The notes under the pieces: model-generated
The model's database searches: none
Told to the model about the DNA's origin: nothing
Seen by the model: only the letters and a program-made list of their open reading frames with translations
DNA from: Nemertoderma westbladi
Lineage: Eukaryota; Animalia; Xenacoelomorpha
Reading direction: 5' to 3'
NCBI GenBank assembly: GCA_032718475.1
Contig: JAUCBJ010007946.1
Span: forward strand, 43,152-107,151
Length of the DNA: 64,000 nucleotides
Shown here: one piece after another, positions 22,469 through 37,400 of the stretch
Layout of the letters: the number at the start of each line of letters is the position of its first letter
Numbering within the stretch: the stretch's first letter is position 1
Translations under genes and position numbers: made by a program

Positions 22469-25400
22469 TTGGAGAGATATGAGATATTAATTTCAAGAAA
22501 AATTACGCGATTCTTAAATTTGTACACTACCCGGTTAAAAAGTACGCATGTGATTGGATTAGTCCTAAAATTGCGCCAATAAAAGATAAGCTATTTTCGG
22601 TAAAATAAACTTATCATTCGAGGTAAAGACCCCTAGATCCCTTCCTATAATAAATTTATTATTTACTGGTTCCCAAACTAAAGGTTAGTTATTATTTACG
22701 GGTTCCCAAACTAAAGTTTGGTTATTATTTACGGGTTCCCAAACTAAAGGTTGGTTATTATTTTCGGATTCCCAAACTAAAGGTTAGTTATTATTTACGG
22801 GTTCCCAAACTAAAGGTTAGTTATTATTTACGGGTTCCCAAACTAAAGGTTGGTTATTATTTTCGGATTCCCAAACTAAAGGTTAGTTATTATTTACGGG
22901 TTCCCAAACTAAAGTATAGTTATTATTTACGGGTTCCCAAACTAAAGGTTAGTTATTATTTACGGGTTCCCAAACTAAAGTTTAGTTATTATTTACGGGT
23001 TCCCAAACTAAAGGTTAGTTATTATTTACGGGTTCCCAAACTAAAGGTTAGTTATTATTTACGGGTTCCCAAACTAAAGGTTAGTTATTATTTACGGGTT
23101 CCCAAACTAAAGGTTGGTTATTATTTACGGGTTCCCAAACTAAAGTATAGTTATTATTTACGGGTTCCCAAACTAAAGGTTAGTTATTATTTACGGGTTC
23201 CCAAACTAAAGTATAGTTATTATTTACGGGTTCCCAAACTAAAGGTTAGTTATTATTTACGGGTTCCCAAACTAAAGGTTAGTTATTATTTACGGGTTCC
23301 CAAACTAAAGGTGGGTTATTATATTTACGGGTTCCCAAACTAAAGGTGGGTTATTATATTTACGGGTTCCCAAACTAAAGTTTGGTTATTATTTACGGGT
23401 TCCCAAACTAAAGGTTGGTTATTATTTACGGGTTCCCAAACTAAAGGTTAGTTATTATTTACGGGTTCCCAAACTAAAGGTGGGTTATTATATTTACGGG
23501 TTCCCAAACTAAAGGTGGGTTATTATATTTACGGGTTCCCAAACTAAAGTTTGGTTATTATTTACGGGTTCCCAAACTAAAGGTTGGTTATTATTTACGG
23601 GTTCCCAAACTAAAGGTTAGTTATTATTTACGGGTTCCCAAACTAAAGGTGGGTTATTATATTTACGGGTTCCCAAACTAAAGGTTAGTTATTATTTACG
23701 GGTTCCCAAACTAAAGGTTAGTTATTATTTACGGGTTCCCAAACTAAAGGTTAGTTATTATTTTCGGATTCCCAAACTAAAGGTTAGTTATTATTTACGG
23801 GTTCCCAAACTAAAGTATAGTTATTATTTACGGGTTCCCAAACTAAAGTATAGTTATTATTTACGGGTTCCCAAACTAAAGGTTAGTTATTATTTACGGG
23901 TTCCCAAACTAAAGGTTGGTTATTATTTACGGGTTCCCAAACTAAAGGTTAGTTATTATTTACGGGTTCCCAAACTAAAGGTTAGTTATTATTTACGGGT
24001 TCCCAAAGTAAAGGTTAGTTATTATTTACGGGTTCCCAAACTAAAGGTTAGTTATTATTTACGGGTTCCCAAACTAAAGGTTAGTTATTATTTACGGGTT
24101 CCCAAACTAAAGGTTAGTTATTATTTACGGGTTCCCAAACTAAAGGTTAGTTATTATTTACGGGTTCCCAAACTAAAGGTTAGTTATTATTTACGGGTTC
24201 CCAAACTAAAGGTTAGTTATTATTTACGGGTTCCCAAACTAAAGGTTAGTTATTATTTACGGGTTCCCAAACTAAAGTATAGTTATTATTTACGGGTTCC
24301 CAAACTAAAGTATAGTTATTATTTACGGGTTCCCAAACTAAAGGTTAGTTATTATTTACGGGTTCCCAAACTAAAGGTTGGTTATTATTTACGGGTTCCC
24401 AAACTAAAGTTTGGTTATTATTTACGGGTTCCCAAACTAAAGGTTAGTTATTATTTACGGGTTCCCAAACTAAAGTTTGGTTATTATTTACGGGTTCCCA
24501 AACTAAAGGATAGTTATTATTTACGGGTTCCCAAACTAAAGTATAGTTATTATTTACGGGTTCCCAAACTAAAGTATAGTTATTATTTACGGGTTCCCAA
24601 ACTAAAGGTTGGTTATTATTTACGGGTTCCCAAACTAAAGGTTAGTTATTATTTACGGGTTCCCAAACTAAAGGTTGGTTATTATTTTCGGATTCCCAAA
24701 CTAAAGGTTAGTTATTATTTACGGGTTCCCAAACTAAAGGTTAGTTATTATTTACGGGTTCCCAAACTAAAGTTTGGTTATTATTTACGGGTTCCCAAAC
24801 TAAAGGTTAGTTATTATTTACGGGTTCCCAAACTAAAGGTTAGTTATTATTTACGGGTTCCCAAACTAAAGTATAGTTATTATTTACGGGTTCCCAAACT
24901 AAAGGTTAGTTATTATTTACGGGTTCCCAAACTAAAGTATAGTTATTATTTACGGGTTCCCAAACTAAAGGTTAGTTATTATTTACGGGTTCCCAAACTA
25001 AAGGTTGGTTATTATTTACGGGTTCCCAAACTAAAGGTTAGTTATTATTTACGGGTTCCCAAACTAAAGGTTGGTTATTATTTACGGGTTCCCAAACTAA
25101 AGGTTAGTTATTATTTACGGGTTCCCAAACTAAAGGTTAGTTATTATTTACGGGTTCCCAAACTAAAGGTTAGTTATTATTTACGGGTTCCCAAACTAAA
25201 GGTTGGTTATTATTTACGGGTTCCCAAACTAAAGTTTGGTTATTATTTACGGGTTCCCAAACTAAAGGTTAGTTATTATTTACGGGATCCCAAACTAAAG
25301 GTTGGTTATTATTTACGGGTTCCCAAACTAAAGGTTAGTTATTATTTACGGGTTCCCAAACTAAAGGTTGGTTATTATTTACGGGTTCCCAAACTAAAGG

Positions 25401-28400
25401 TTAGTTATTATTTACGGGTTCCCAAACTAAAGGTTAGTTATTGTTTACGGGTTCCCAAACTAAAGGTTAGTTATTATTTACGGGTTCCCAAACTAAAGTT
25501 TGGTTATTATTTACGGGTTCCCAAACTAAAGGTTGGTTATTATTTACGGGTTCCCAAACTAAAGGTTGGTTATTATTTACGGGTTCCCAAACTAAAGTAT
25601 AGTTATTATTTACGGGTTCCCAAACTAAAGTTTGGTTATTATTTACGGGTTCCCAAACTAAAGTTTGGTTATTATTTACGGATTCCCAAACTAAAGGTTG
25701 GTTATTATTTACGGGTTCCCAAACTAAAGGTTGGTTATTATTTACGGGTTCCCAAACTAAAGTTTGGTTATTATTTACGGGTTCCCAAACTAAAGGTTAG
25801 TTATTATGTTTACGGGTTCCCAAACTAAAGGTTAGTTATTATTTACGGGTTCCCAAACTAAAGTATAGTTATTATTTACGGGTTCCCAAACTAAAGGTTA
25901 GTTATTATTTACGGGTTCCCAAACTAAAGGTTGGTTATTATTTACGGGTTCCCAAACTAAAGGTTAGTTATTATTTACGGGTTCCCAAACTAAAGGTTGG
26001 TTATTATTTACGGGTTCCCAAACTAAAGGTTAGTTATTATTTACGGGTTCCCAAACTAAAGGTTAGTTATTATTTACGGGTTCCCAAACTAAAGGTTAGT
26101 TATTATTTACGGGTTCCCAAACTAAAGGTTGGTTATTATTTACGGGTTCCCAAACTAAAGTTTGGTTATTATTTACGGGTTCCCAAACTAAAGGTTAGTT
26201 ATTATTTACGGGTTCCCAAACTAAAGGTTGGTTATTATTTACGGGTTCCCAAACTAAAGGTTAGTTATTATTTACGGGTTCCCAAACTAAAGGTTGGTTA
26301 TTATTTACGGGTTCCCAAACTAAAGGTTAGTTATTATTTACGGGTTCCCAAACTAAAGGTTAGTTATTGTTTACGGGTTCCCAAACTAAAGGTTAGTTAT
26401 TATTTACGGGTTCCCAAACTAAAGTTTGGTTATTATTTACGGGTTCCCAAACTAAAGGTTGGTTATTATTTACGGGTTCCCAAACTAAAGGTTGGTTATT
26501 ATTTACGGGTTCCCAAACTAAAGTATAGTTATTATTTACGGGTTCCCAAACTAAAGTTTGGTTATTATTTACGGGTTCCCAAACTAAAGTTTGGTTATTA
26601 TTTACGGATTCCCAAACTAAAGGTTGGTTATTATTTACGGGTTCCCAAACTAAAGGTTGGTTATTATTTACGGGTTCCCAAACTAAAGTTTGGTTATTAT
26701 TTACGGGTTCCCAAACTAAAGGTTAGTTATTATGTTTACGGGTTCCCAAACTAAAGGTTAGTTATTATTTACGGTTTCCCAAACTAAAGGTTGGTTATTA
26801 TTTACGGGTTCCCAAACTAAAGGTTAGTTATTATTTACGGGTTCCCAAACTAAAGTTTGGTTATTATTTACGGGTTCCCAAACTAAAGGTTAGTTATTAT
26901 TTACGGGTTCCCAAACTAAAGGTTGGTTATTATTTACGGGTTCCCAAACTAAAGGTGGGTTATTATTTACGGGTTCCCAAACTAAAGGTTAGTTATTATT
27001 TACGGGTTCCCAAACTATAGGTTAGTTATTATTTACGGGTTCCCAAACTAAAGGTTAGTTATTATTTACGGGTTCCCAAACTAAAGGTTAGTTATTATTT
27101 ACGGGTTCCCAAACTAAAGGTTGGTTATTATTTACGGGTTCCCAAACTAAAGTTTGGTTATTATTTACGGGTTCCCAAACTAAAGGTTAGTTATTATTTA
27201 CGGGTTCCCAAACTAAAGGTTGGTTATTATTTACGGGTTCCCAAACTAAAGGTTAGTTATTATTTACGGGTTCCCAAACTAAAGGTTGGTTATTATTTAC
27301 GGGTTCCCAAACTAAAGGTTAGTTATTATTTACGGGTTCCCAAACTAAAGGTTAGTTATTGTTTACGGGTTCCCAAACTAAAGGTTAGTTATTATTTACG
27401 GGTTCCCAAACTAAAGTTTGGTTATTATTTACGGGTTCCCAAACTAAAGGTTGGTTATTATTTACGGGTTCCCAAACTAAAGGTTGGTTATTATTTACGG
27501 GTTCCCAAACTAAAGTATAGTTATTATTTACGGGTTCCCAAACTAAAGTTTGGTTATTATTTACGGGTTCCCAAACTAAAGTTTGGTTATTATTTACGGA
27601 TTCCCAAACTAAAGGTTGGTTATTATTTACGGGTTCCCAAACTAAAGGTTGGTTATTATTTACGGGTTCCCAAACTAAAGTTTGGTTATTATTTACGGGT
27701 TCCCAAACTAAAGGTTAGTTATTATGTTTACGGGTTCCCAAACTAAAGGTTAGTTATTATTTACGGGTTCCCAAACTAAAGTATAGTTATTATTTACGGG
27801 TTCCCAAACTAAAGGTTAGTTATTATTTACGGGTTCCCAAACTAAAGGTTGGTTATTATTTACGGGTTCCCAAACTAAAGGTTAGTTATTATTTACGGGT
27901 TCCCAAACTAAAGGTTGGTTATTATTTACGGGTTCCCAAACTAAAGGTTAGTTATTATTTACGGGTTCCCAAACTAAAGGTTAGTTATTATTTACGGGTT
28001 CCCAAACTAAAGGTTAGTTATTATTTACGGGTTCCCAAACTAAAGGTTGGTTATTATTTACGGGTTCCCAAACTAAAGTTTGGTTATTATTTACGGGTTC
28101 CCAAACTAAAGGTTAGTTATTATTTACGGGTTCCCAAACTAAAGGTTGGTTATTATTTACGGGTTCCCAAACTAAAGGTTAGTTATTATTTACGGGTTCC
28201 CAAACTAAAGGTTGGTTATTATTTACGGGTTCCCAAACTAAAGGTTAGTTATTATTTACGGGTTCCCAAACTAAAGGTTAGTTATTGTTTACGGGTTCCC
28301 AAACTAAAGGTTAGTTATTATTTACGGGTTCCCAAACTAAAGTTTGGTTATTATTTACGGGTTCCCAAACTAAAGGTTGGTTATTATTTACGGGTTCCCA

Positions 28401-31400
28401 AACTAAAGGTTGGTTATTATTTACGGGTTCCCAAACTAAAGTATAGTTATTATTTACGGGTTCCCAAACTAAAGTTTGGTTATTATTTACGGGTTCCCAA
28501 ACTAAAGTTTGGTTATTATTTACGGATTCCCAAACTAAAGGTTGGTTATTATTTACGGGTTCCCAAACTAAAGGTTGGTTATTATTTACGGGTTCCCAAA
28601 CTAAAGTTTGGTTATTATTTACGGGTTCCCAAACTAAAGGTTAGTTATTATGTTTACGGGTTCCCAAACTAAAGGTTAGTTATTATTTACGGTTTCCCAA
28701 ACTAAAGGTTGGTTATTATTTACGGGTTCCCAAACTAAAGGTTAGTTATTATTTACGGGTTCCCAAACTAAAGTTTGGTTATTATTTACGGGTTCCCAAA
28801 CTAAAGGTTAGTTATTATTTACGGGTTCCCAAACTAAAGGTTGGTTATTATTTACGGGTTCCCAAACTAAAGGTGGGTTATTATTTACGGGTTCCCAAAC
28901 TAAAGGTTAGTTATTATTTACGGGTTCCCAAACTATAGGTTAGTTATTATTTACGGGTTCCCAAACTAAAGTTTGGTTATTATTTACGGGTTCCCAAACT
29001 AAAGTTTAGTTAATATTTACGGGTTCCCAAACTAAAGGTGGGTTATTATTTACGGGTCCCCAAACTAAAGTTTGGTTATTATTTACGGGTTCCCAAACTA
29101 AAGTTTGGTTATTATTTACGGGTTCCCAAACTAAAGGTGGGTTATTATTTACGGGTCCCCAAACTAAAGTTTGGTTATTATTTACGGGTTCCCAAACTAA
29201 AGTTTGGTTATTATTTACGGGTTCCCAAACTAAAGTATAGTTATTATTTACGGGTTCCCAAACTAAAGGTTGGTTATTATATTTACGGGTTCCCAAACTA
29301 AAGTTTGGTTATTATATTTACGGGTTCCCAAACTAAAGTTTGGTTATTATATTTACGGGTTCCCAAACTAAAGGTTGGTTATTATTTACGGGTTCCCAAA
29401 CTAAAGTTTAGTTATTATTTACGGGTTCCCAAACTAAAGGTTAGTTATTATTTACGGGTTCCCAAACTAAAGTTTGGTTATTATTTACGGGTTCCCAAAC
29501 TAAAGTTTGGTTATTATTTACGGGTTCCCAAACTAAAGGTTAGTTATTATTTACGGGTTCCCAAACTATAGGTTGGTTATTATTTACGGGTTCCCAAACT
29601 AAAGGTTAGTTATTATTTACGGGTTCCCAAACTAAAGTTTAGTTATTATTTACGGGTTCCCAAACTAAAGGTTAGTTATTATTTACGGGTTCCCAAACTA
29701 TAGGTTGGTTATTATTTACGGGTTCCCAAACTAAAGGTTAGTTATTATTTACGGGTTCCCAAACTAAAGGTTAGTTATTATTTACGGGTTCCCAAACTAA
29801 AGTTTAGTTATTATTTACGGGTTCCCAAACTAAAGGTTAGTTATTATTTACGGGTTCCCAAACTATAGGTTGGTTATTATTTACGGGTTCCCAAACTAAA
29901 GGTTAGTTATTATTTACGGGTCCCCAAACTAAAGGTTAGTTATTATATTTACGGGTTCCCAAACTAAAGGTTGGTTATTATATTTACGGGTTCCCAAACT
30001 AAAGGTTGGTTATTATTTACGGGTTCCCAAACTAAAGTTTAGTTATTATTTACGGGTTCCCAAACGTTATTATTTACGGGTTCCCAAACTAAAGATTAGT
30101 TATTATTTACGGGTTCCCAAACTATAGGTTGGTTATTATTTACGGGTTCCCAAACTAAAGGTTAGTTATTATTTACGGGTTCCCAAACTAAAGTTTAGTT
30201 ATTATTTACGGGTTCCCAAACTAAAGGTTAGTTATTATTTACGGGTTTCCAAACGTTATTATTTACGGGTTCCCAAACTAAAGTTTAGTTATTATTTACG
30301 GGTTCCCAAACTATAGGTTAGTTATTATTTACGGGTTCCCAAACTAAAGGTTAGTTATTATTTACGGGTTCCCAAACTATAGGTTAGTTATTATTTACGG
30401 GTTCCCAAACTAAAGGTTAGTTATTATTTACGGGTTCCCAAACTATAGGTTGGTTATTATATTTACGGGTTTCCAAACGTTATTATTTACGGGTTCCCAA
30501 ACTAAAGTTTAGTTATTATTTACGGGTTCCCAAACTAAAGGTTAGTTATTATTTACGGGTTCCCAAACTAAAGGTTAGTTATTATTTACGGGTTCCCAAA
30601 CTATAGGTTAGTTATTATTTACGGGTTCCCAAACTAAAGGTTAGTTATTATTTACGGGTTCCCAAACTATAGGTTGGTTATTATATTTACGGGTTTCCAA
30701 ACTAAAGGTTAGTTATTATTTACGGGTTCCCAAACTAAAGGTTGGTTATTATTTACGGGTTCCCAAACTAAAGTTTGGTTATTATTTACGGGTTCCTAAA
30801 CGTTATTATTTACGGGTTCCCAAACTAAAGTTTGGTTATTATTTACGGGTTCCCAAACTAAAGTTTGGTTATTATTTACGGGTTCCCAAACTAAAGGTTA
30901 GTTATTATTTACGGGTTCCCAAACTAAAGGTTAGTTATTATTTACGGGTTCCCAAACTAAAGGTTAGTTATTATTTACGGGTTCCCAAACGTTATTATTT
31001 ACGGGTTCCCAAACTAAAGGTTAGTTATTATATTTACGGGTTCCCAAACTATAGGTTAGTTATTATTTACGGGTTCCCAAACTAAAGGTTAGTTATTATT
31101 TACGGGTTCCCAAACTAAAGGTTAGTTATTATTTACGGGTTCCCAAACTAAAGTTTGGTTATTATTTACGGGTTCCCAAACTAAAGGTTAGTTATTATTT
31201 ACGGGTTCCCAAACTAAAGTATAGTTATTATTTACGGGTTCCCAAACTAAAGGTTAGTTATTATTTACGGGTTCCCAAACTAAAGGTTAGTTATTATTTA
31301 CGGGTTCCCAAACTAAAGGTTAGTTATTATTTACGGGTTCCCAAACTAAAGTTTGGTTATTATTTACGGGTTCCCAAACTAAAGGTTAGTTATTATTTAC

Positions 31401-34400
31401 GGGTTCCCAAACTAAAGGTTAGTTATTATTTACGGGTTCCCAAACTAAAGGTTAGTTATTATTTACGGGTTCCCAAACTAAAGGTTAGTTATTATTTACG
31501 GGTTCCCAAACTAAAGGTTGGTTATTATTTACGGGTTCCCAAACTAAAGGTTAGTTATTATTTACGGGTTCCCAAACTAAAGGTTAGTTATTGTTTACGG
31601 GTTCCCAAACTAAAGGTTAGTTATTATTTACGGGTTCCCAAACTAAAGTTTGGTTATTATTTACGGGTTCCCAAACTAAAGGTTGGTTATTATTTACGGG
31701 TTCCCAAACTAAAGGTTGGTTATTATTTACGGGTTCCCAAACTAAAGTATAGTTATTATTTACGGGTTCCCAAACTAAAGTTTGGTTATTATTTACGGGT
31801 TCCCAAACTAAAGTTTGGTTATTATTTACGGATTCCCAAACTAAAGGTTGGTTATTATTTACGGGTTCCCAAACTAAAGGTTGGTTATTATTTACGGGTT
31901 CCCAAACTAAAGTTTGGTTATTATTTACGGGTTCCCAAACTAAAGGTTAGTTATTATGTTTACGGGTTCCCAAACTAAAGGTTAGTTATTATTTACGGTT
32001 TCCCAAACTAAAGGTTGGTTATTATTTACGGGTTCCCAAACTAAAGGTTAGTTATTATTTACGGGTTCCCAAACTAAAGTTTGGTTATTATTTACGGGTT
32101 CCCAAACTAAAGGTTAGTTATTATTTACGGGTTCCCAAACTAAAGGTTGGTTATTATTTACGGGTTCCCAAACTAAAGGTGGGTTATTATTTACGGGTTC
32201 CCAAACTAAAGGTTAGTTATTATTTACGGGTTCCCAAACTATAGGTTAGTTATTATTTACGGGTTCCCAAACTAAAGTTTGGTTATTATTTACGGGTTCC
32301 CAAACTAAAGTTTAGTTAATATTTACGGGTTCCCAAACTAAAGGTGGGTTATTATTTACGGGTCCCCAAACTAAAGTTTGGTTATTATTTACGGGTTCCC
32401 AAACTAAAGTTTGGTTATTATTTACGGGTTCCCAAACTAAAGGTGGGTTATTATTTACGGGTCCCCAAACTAAAGTTTGGTTATTATTTACGGGTTCCCA
32501 AACTAAAGTTTGGTTATTATTTACGGGTTCCCAAACTAAAGTATAGTTATTATTTACGGGTTCCCAAACTAAAGGTTGGTTATTATATTTACGGGTTCCC
32601 AAACTAAAGTTTGGTTATTATATTTACGGGTTCCCAAACTAAAGTTTGGTTATTATATTTACGGGTTCCCAAACTAAAGGTTGGTTATTATTTACGGGTT
32701 CCCAAACTAAAGTTTAGTTATTATTTACGGGTTCCCAAACTAAAGGTTAGTTATTATTTACGGGTTCCCAAACTAAAGTTTGGTTATTATTTACGGGTTC
32801 CCAAACTAAAGTTTGGTTATTATTTACGGGTTCCCAAACTAAAGGTTAGTTATTATTTACGGGTTCCCAAACTATAGGTTGGTTATTATTTACGGGTTCC
32901 CAAACTAAAGGTTAGTTATTATTTACGGGTTCCCAAACTAAAGTTTAGTTATTATTTACGGGTTCCCAAACTAAAGGTTAGTTATTATTTACGGGTTCCC
33001 AAACTATAGGTTGGTTATTATTTACGGGTTCCCAAACTAAAGGTTAGTTATTATTTACGGGTTCCCAAACTAAAGGTTAGTTATTATTTACGGGTTCCCA
33101 AACTAAAGTTTAGTTATTATTTACGGGTTCCCAAACTAAAGGTTAGTTATTATTTACGGGTTCCCAAACTATAGGTTGGTTATTATTTACGGGTTCCCAA
33201 ACTAAAGGTTAGTTATTATTTACGGGTCCCCAAACTAAAGGTTAGTTATTATATTTACGGGTTCCCAAACTAAAGGTTGGTTATTATATTTACGGGTTCC
33301 CAAACTAAAGGTTGGTTATTATTTACGGGTTCCCAAACTAAAGTTTAGTTATTATTTACGGGTTCCCAAACGTTATTATTTACGGGTTCCCAAACTAAAG
33401 ATTAGTTATTATTTACGGGTTCCCAAACTATAGGTTGGTTATTATTTACGGGTTCCCAAACTAAAGGTTAGTTATTATTTACGGGTTCCCAAACTAAAGT
33501 TTAGTTATTATTTACGGGTTCCCAAACTAAAGGTTAGTTATTATTTACGGGTTTCCAAACGTTATTATTTACGGGTTCCCAAACTAAAGTTTAGTTATTA
33601 TTTACGGGTTCCCAAACTATAGGTTAGTTATTATTTACGGGTTCCCAAACTAAAGGTTAGTTATTATTTACGGGTTCCCAAACTATAGGTTAGTTATTAT
33701 TTACGGGTTCCCAAACTAAAGGTTAGTTATTATTTACGGGTTCCCAAACTATAGGTTGGTTATTATATTTACGGGTTTCCAAACGTTATTATTTACGGGT
33801 TCCCAAACTAAAGTTTAGTTATTATTTACGGGTTCCCAAACTAAAGGTTAGTTATTATTTACGGGTTCCCAAACTAAAGGTTAGTTATTATTTACGGGTT
33901 CCCAAACTATAGGTTAGTTATTATTTACGGGTTCCCAAACTAAAGGTTAGTTATTATTTACGGGTTCCCAAACTATAGGTTGGTTATTATATTTACGGGT
34001 TTCCAAACTAAAGGTTAGTTATTATTTACGGGTTCCCAAACTAAAGGTTGGTTATTATTTACGGGTTCCCAAACTAAAGTTTGGTTATTATTTACGGGTT
34101 CCCAAACTAAAGTTTGGTTATTATTTACGGGTTCCTAAACGTTATTATTTACGGGTTCCCAAACTAAAGTTTGGTTATTATTTACGGGTTCCCAAACTAA
34201 AGTTTGGTTATTATTTACGGGTTCCCAAACTAAAGTTTGGTTATTATTTACGGGTTCCCAAACTAAAGGTTAGTTATTATTTACGGGTTCCTAAACGTTA
34301 TTATTTACGGGTTCCCAAACTAAAGTTTGGTTATTATTTACGGGTTCCCAAACTAAAGTTTGGTTATTATTTACGGGTTCCCAAACTAAAGGTTAGTTAT

Positions 34401-37400
34401 TATTTACGGGTTCCCAAACTAAAGGTTAGTTATTATTTACGGGTTCCCAAACTAAAGGTTAGTTATTATTTACGGGTTCCCAAACGTTATTATTTACGGG
34501 TTCCCAAACTAAAGGTTAGTTATTATATTTACGGGTTCCCAAACTATAGGTTAGTTATTATTTACGGGTTCCCAAACTAAAGGTTAGTTATTATTTACGG
34601 GTTCCCAAACTAAAGGTTAGTTATTATTTACGGGTTCCCAAACTAAAGTTTGGTTATTATTTACGGGTTCCCAAACTAAAGGTTAGTTATTATTTACGGG
34701 TTCCCAAACTAAAGTATAGTTATTATTTACGGGTTCCCAAACTAAAGGTTAGTTATTATTTACGGGTTCCCAAACTAAAGGTTAGTTATTATTTACGGGT
34801 TCCCAAACTAAAGGTTAGTTATTATTTACGGGTTCCCAAACTAAAGTTTGGTTATTATTTACGGGTTCCCAAACTAAAGGTTAGTTATTATTTACGGGTT
34901 CCCAAACTAAAGGTTAGTTATTATTTACGGGTTCCCAAACTAAAGGTTGGTTATTATTTACGGGTTCCCAAACTAAAGGTTAGTTATTATTTACGGGTTC
35001 CCAAACTAAAGGTTAGTTATTATTTACGGGTTCCCAAACTAAAGGTTAGTTATTATTTACGGGTTCCCAAACTAAAGGTTAGTTATTATTTACGGGTTCC
35101 CAAACTAAAGGTTAGTTATTATTTACGGGTTCCCAAACTAAAGGTTAGTTATTATTTACGGGTTCCCAAACTAAAGGTTAGTTATTATTTACGGGTTCCC
35201 AAACTAAAGGTTAGTTATTATTTACGGGTTCCCAAACTAAAGTTTGGTTATTATTTACGGGTTCCCAAACTAAAGGTTAGTTATTATTTACGGGTTCCCA
35301 AACTAAAGGTTAGTTATTATTTACGGGTTCCCAAACTAAAGGTTGGTTATTATTTACGGGTTCCCAAACTAAAGGTTAGTTATTATTTACGGGTTCCCAA
35401 ACTAAAGGTTAGTTATTATTTACGGGTTCCCAAACTAAAGGTTAGTTATTATTTACGGGTTCCCAAACTAAAGGTTAGTTATTATTTACGGGTTCCCAAA
35501 CTAAAGGTTAGTTATTATTTACGGGTTCCCAAACGTTATTATTTACGGGTTCCCAAACTAAAGGTTAGTTATTATTTACGGGTTCCCAAACTAAAGGTTA
35601 GTTATTATTTACGGGTTCCCAAACTAAAGGTTAGTTATTATTTACGGGTTCCCAAACTAAAGGTTAGTTATTATTTACGGGTTCCCAAACTAAAGGTTGG
35701 TTATTATTTACGGGTTCCCAAACTAAAGGTTAGTTATTATTTACGGGTTCCCAAACTAAAGGTTAGTTATTATTTACGGGTTCCCAAACTAAAGGTTAGT
35801 TATTATTTACGGGTTCCCAAACTAAAGGTTAGTTATTATTTACGGGTTCCCAAACGTTATTATTTACGGGTTCCCAAACTAAAGTTTGGTTATTATATTT
35901 ACGGGTTCCCAAACTAAAGGTTAGTTATTATTTACGGGTTCCCAAACTAAAGGTTAGTTATTATTTACGGGTTCCCAAACTAAAGGTTTGTTATTATTTA
36001 CGGGTTCCCAAACTAAAGGTTAGTTATTATTTACGGGTTCCCAAACTAAAGGTTTGTTATTATTTACGGGTTCCCAAACGTTATTATTTACGGGTTCCCA
36101 AACTAAAGTTTGGTTATTATATTTACGGGTTCCCAAACTAAAGTTTGGTTATTATATTTACGGGTTCCCAAACTAAAGGTTAGTTATTATTTACGGGTTC
36201 CCAAACTAAAGTATAGTTATTATATTTACGGGTTCCCAAACTAAAGGTTAGTTATTATTTACGGGTTCCCAAACTAAAGGTTAGTTATTATTTACGGGTT
36301 CCCAAACTAAAGGTTTGTTATTATTTACGGGTTCCCAAACGTTATTATTTACGGGTTCCCAAACTAAAGGTTAGTTATTATTTACGGGTTCCCAAACTAA
36401 AGGTTGGTTATTATTTACGGGTTCCCAAACTAAAGTTTAGTTATTATTTACGGGTTCCCAAACTAAAGGTTAGTTATTATTTACGGGTTCCCAAACGTTA
36501 TTATTTACGGGTTCCCAAACTAAAGTTTGGTTATTATATTTACGGGTTCCCAAACTAAAGGTTGGTTATTATTTACGGGTTCCCAAACGTTATTATTTAC
36601 GGGTTCCCAAACTAAAGGTTGGTTATTATTTACGGGTTCCCAAACGTTATTATTTACGGGTTCCCAAACTAAAGTTTAGTTATTATTTACGGGTTCCCAA
36701 ACTAAAGGTTAGTTATTATTTACGGGTTCCCAAACTAAAGGTTAGTTATTATTTACGGGTTCCCAAACTAAAGGTTAGTTATTATTTACGGGTTCCCAAA
36801 CGTTATTATTTACGGGTTCCCAAACGTTATTATTTACGGGTTCCCAAACTAAAGTTTAGTTATTATTTACGGGTTCCCAAACTAAAGGTTAGTTATTATT
36901 TACGGGTTCCCAAACTAAAGGTTAGTTATTATTTACGGGTTCCCAAACTAAAGGTTAGTTATTATTTACGGGTTCCCAAACGTTATTATTTACGGGTTCC
37001 CAAACTAAAGTTTAGTTATTATTTACGGGTTCCCAAACTAAAGGTTAGTTATTATTTACGGGTTCCCAAACTAAAGGTTAGTTATTATTTACGGGTTCCC
37101 AAACTAAAGGTTAGTTATTATTTACGGGTTCCCAAACTATAGGTTGGTTATTATTTACGGGTTCCCAAACTATAGGTTAGTTATTATTTACGGGTTCCCA
37201 AACTAAAGGTTGGTTATTATTTACGGGTTCCCAAACTAAAGGTTGGTTATTATTTACGAGTTCCCAAACTAAAGGTTAGTTATTATTTACGGGTTCCCAA
37301 ACTAAAGGTTAGTTATTATTTACGGGTTCCCAAACTAAAGGTTAGTTATTATTTACGGGTTCCCAAACTATAGGTTAGTTATTATTTACGGGTTCCCAAA

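Larger units (their letters stand above)
21873..22655 (+). mobile_element. Second insertion of the hammerhead element (about 2 units plus a 74-bp inverted end) inside the 33-bp satellite
   Basis: Same family with diagnostic SNPs; flanked by direct repeat TTATTATTTACT (21861-21872 and 22656-22667); 21873-21946 is the reverse complement of the unit end. Confidence 0.87.
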
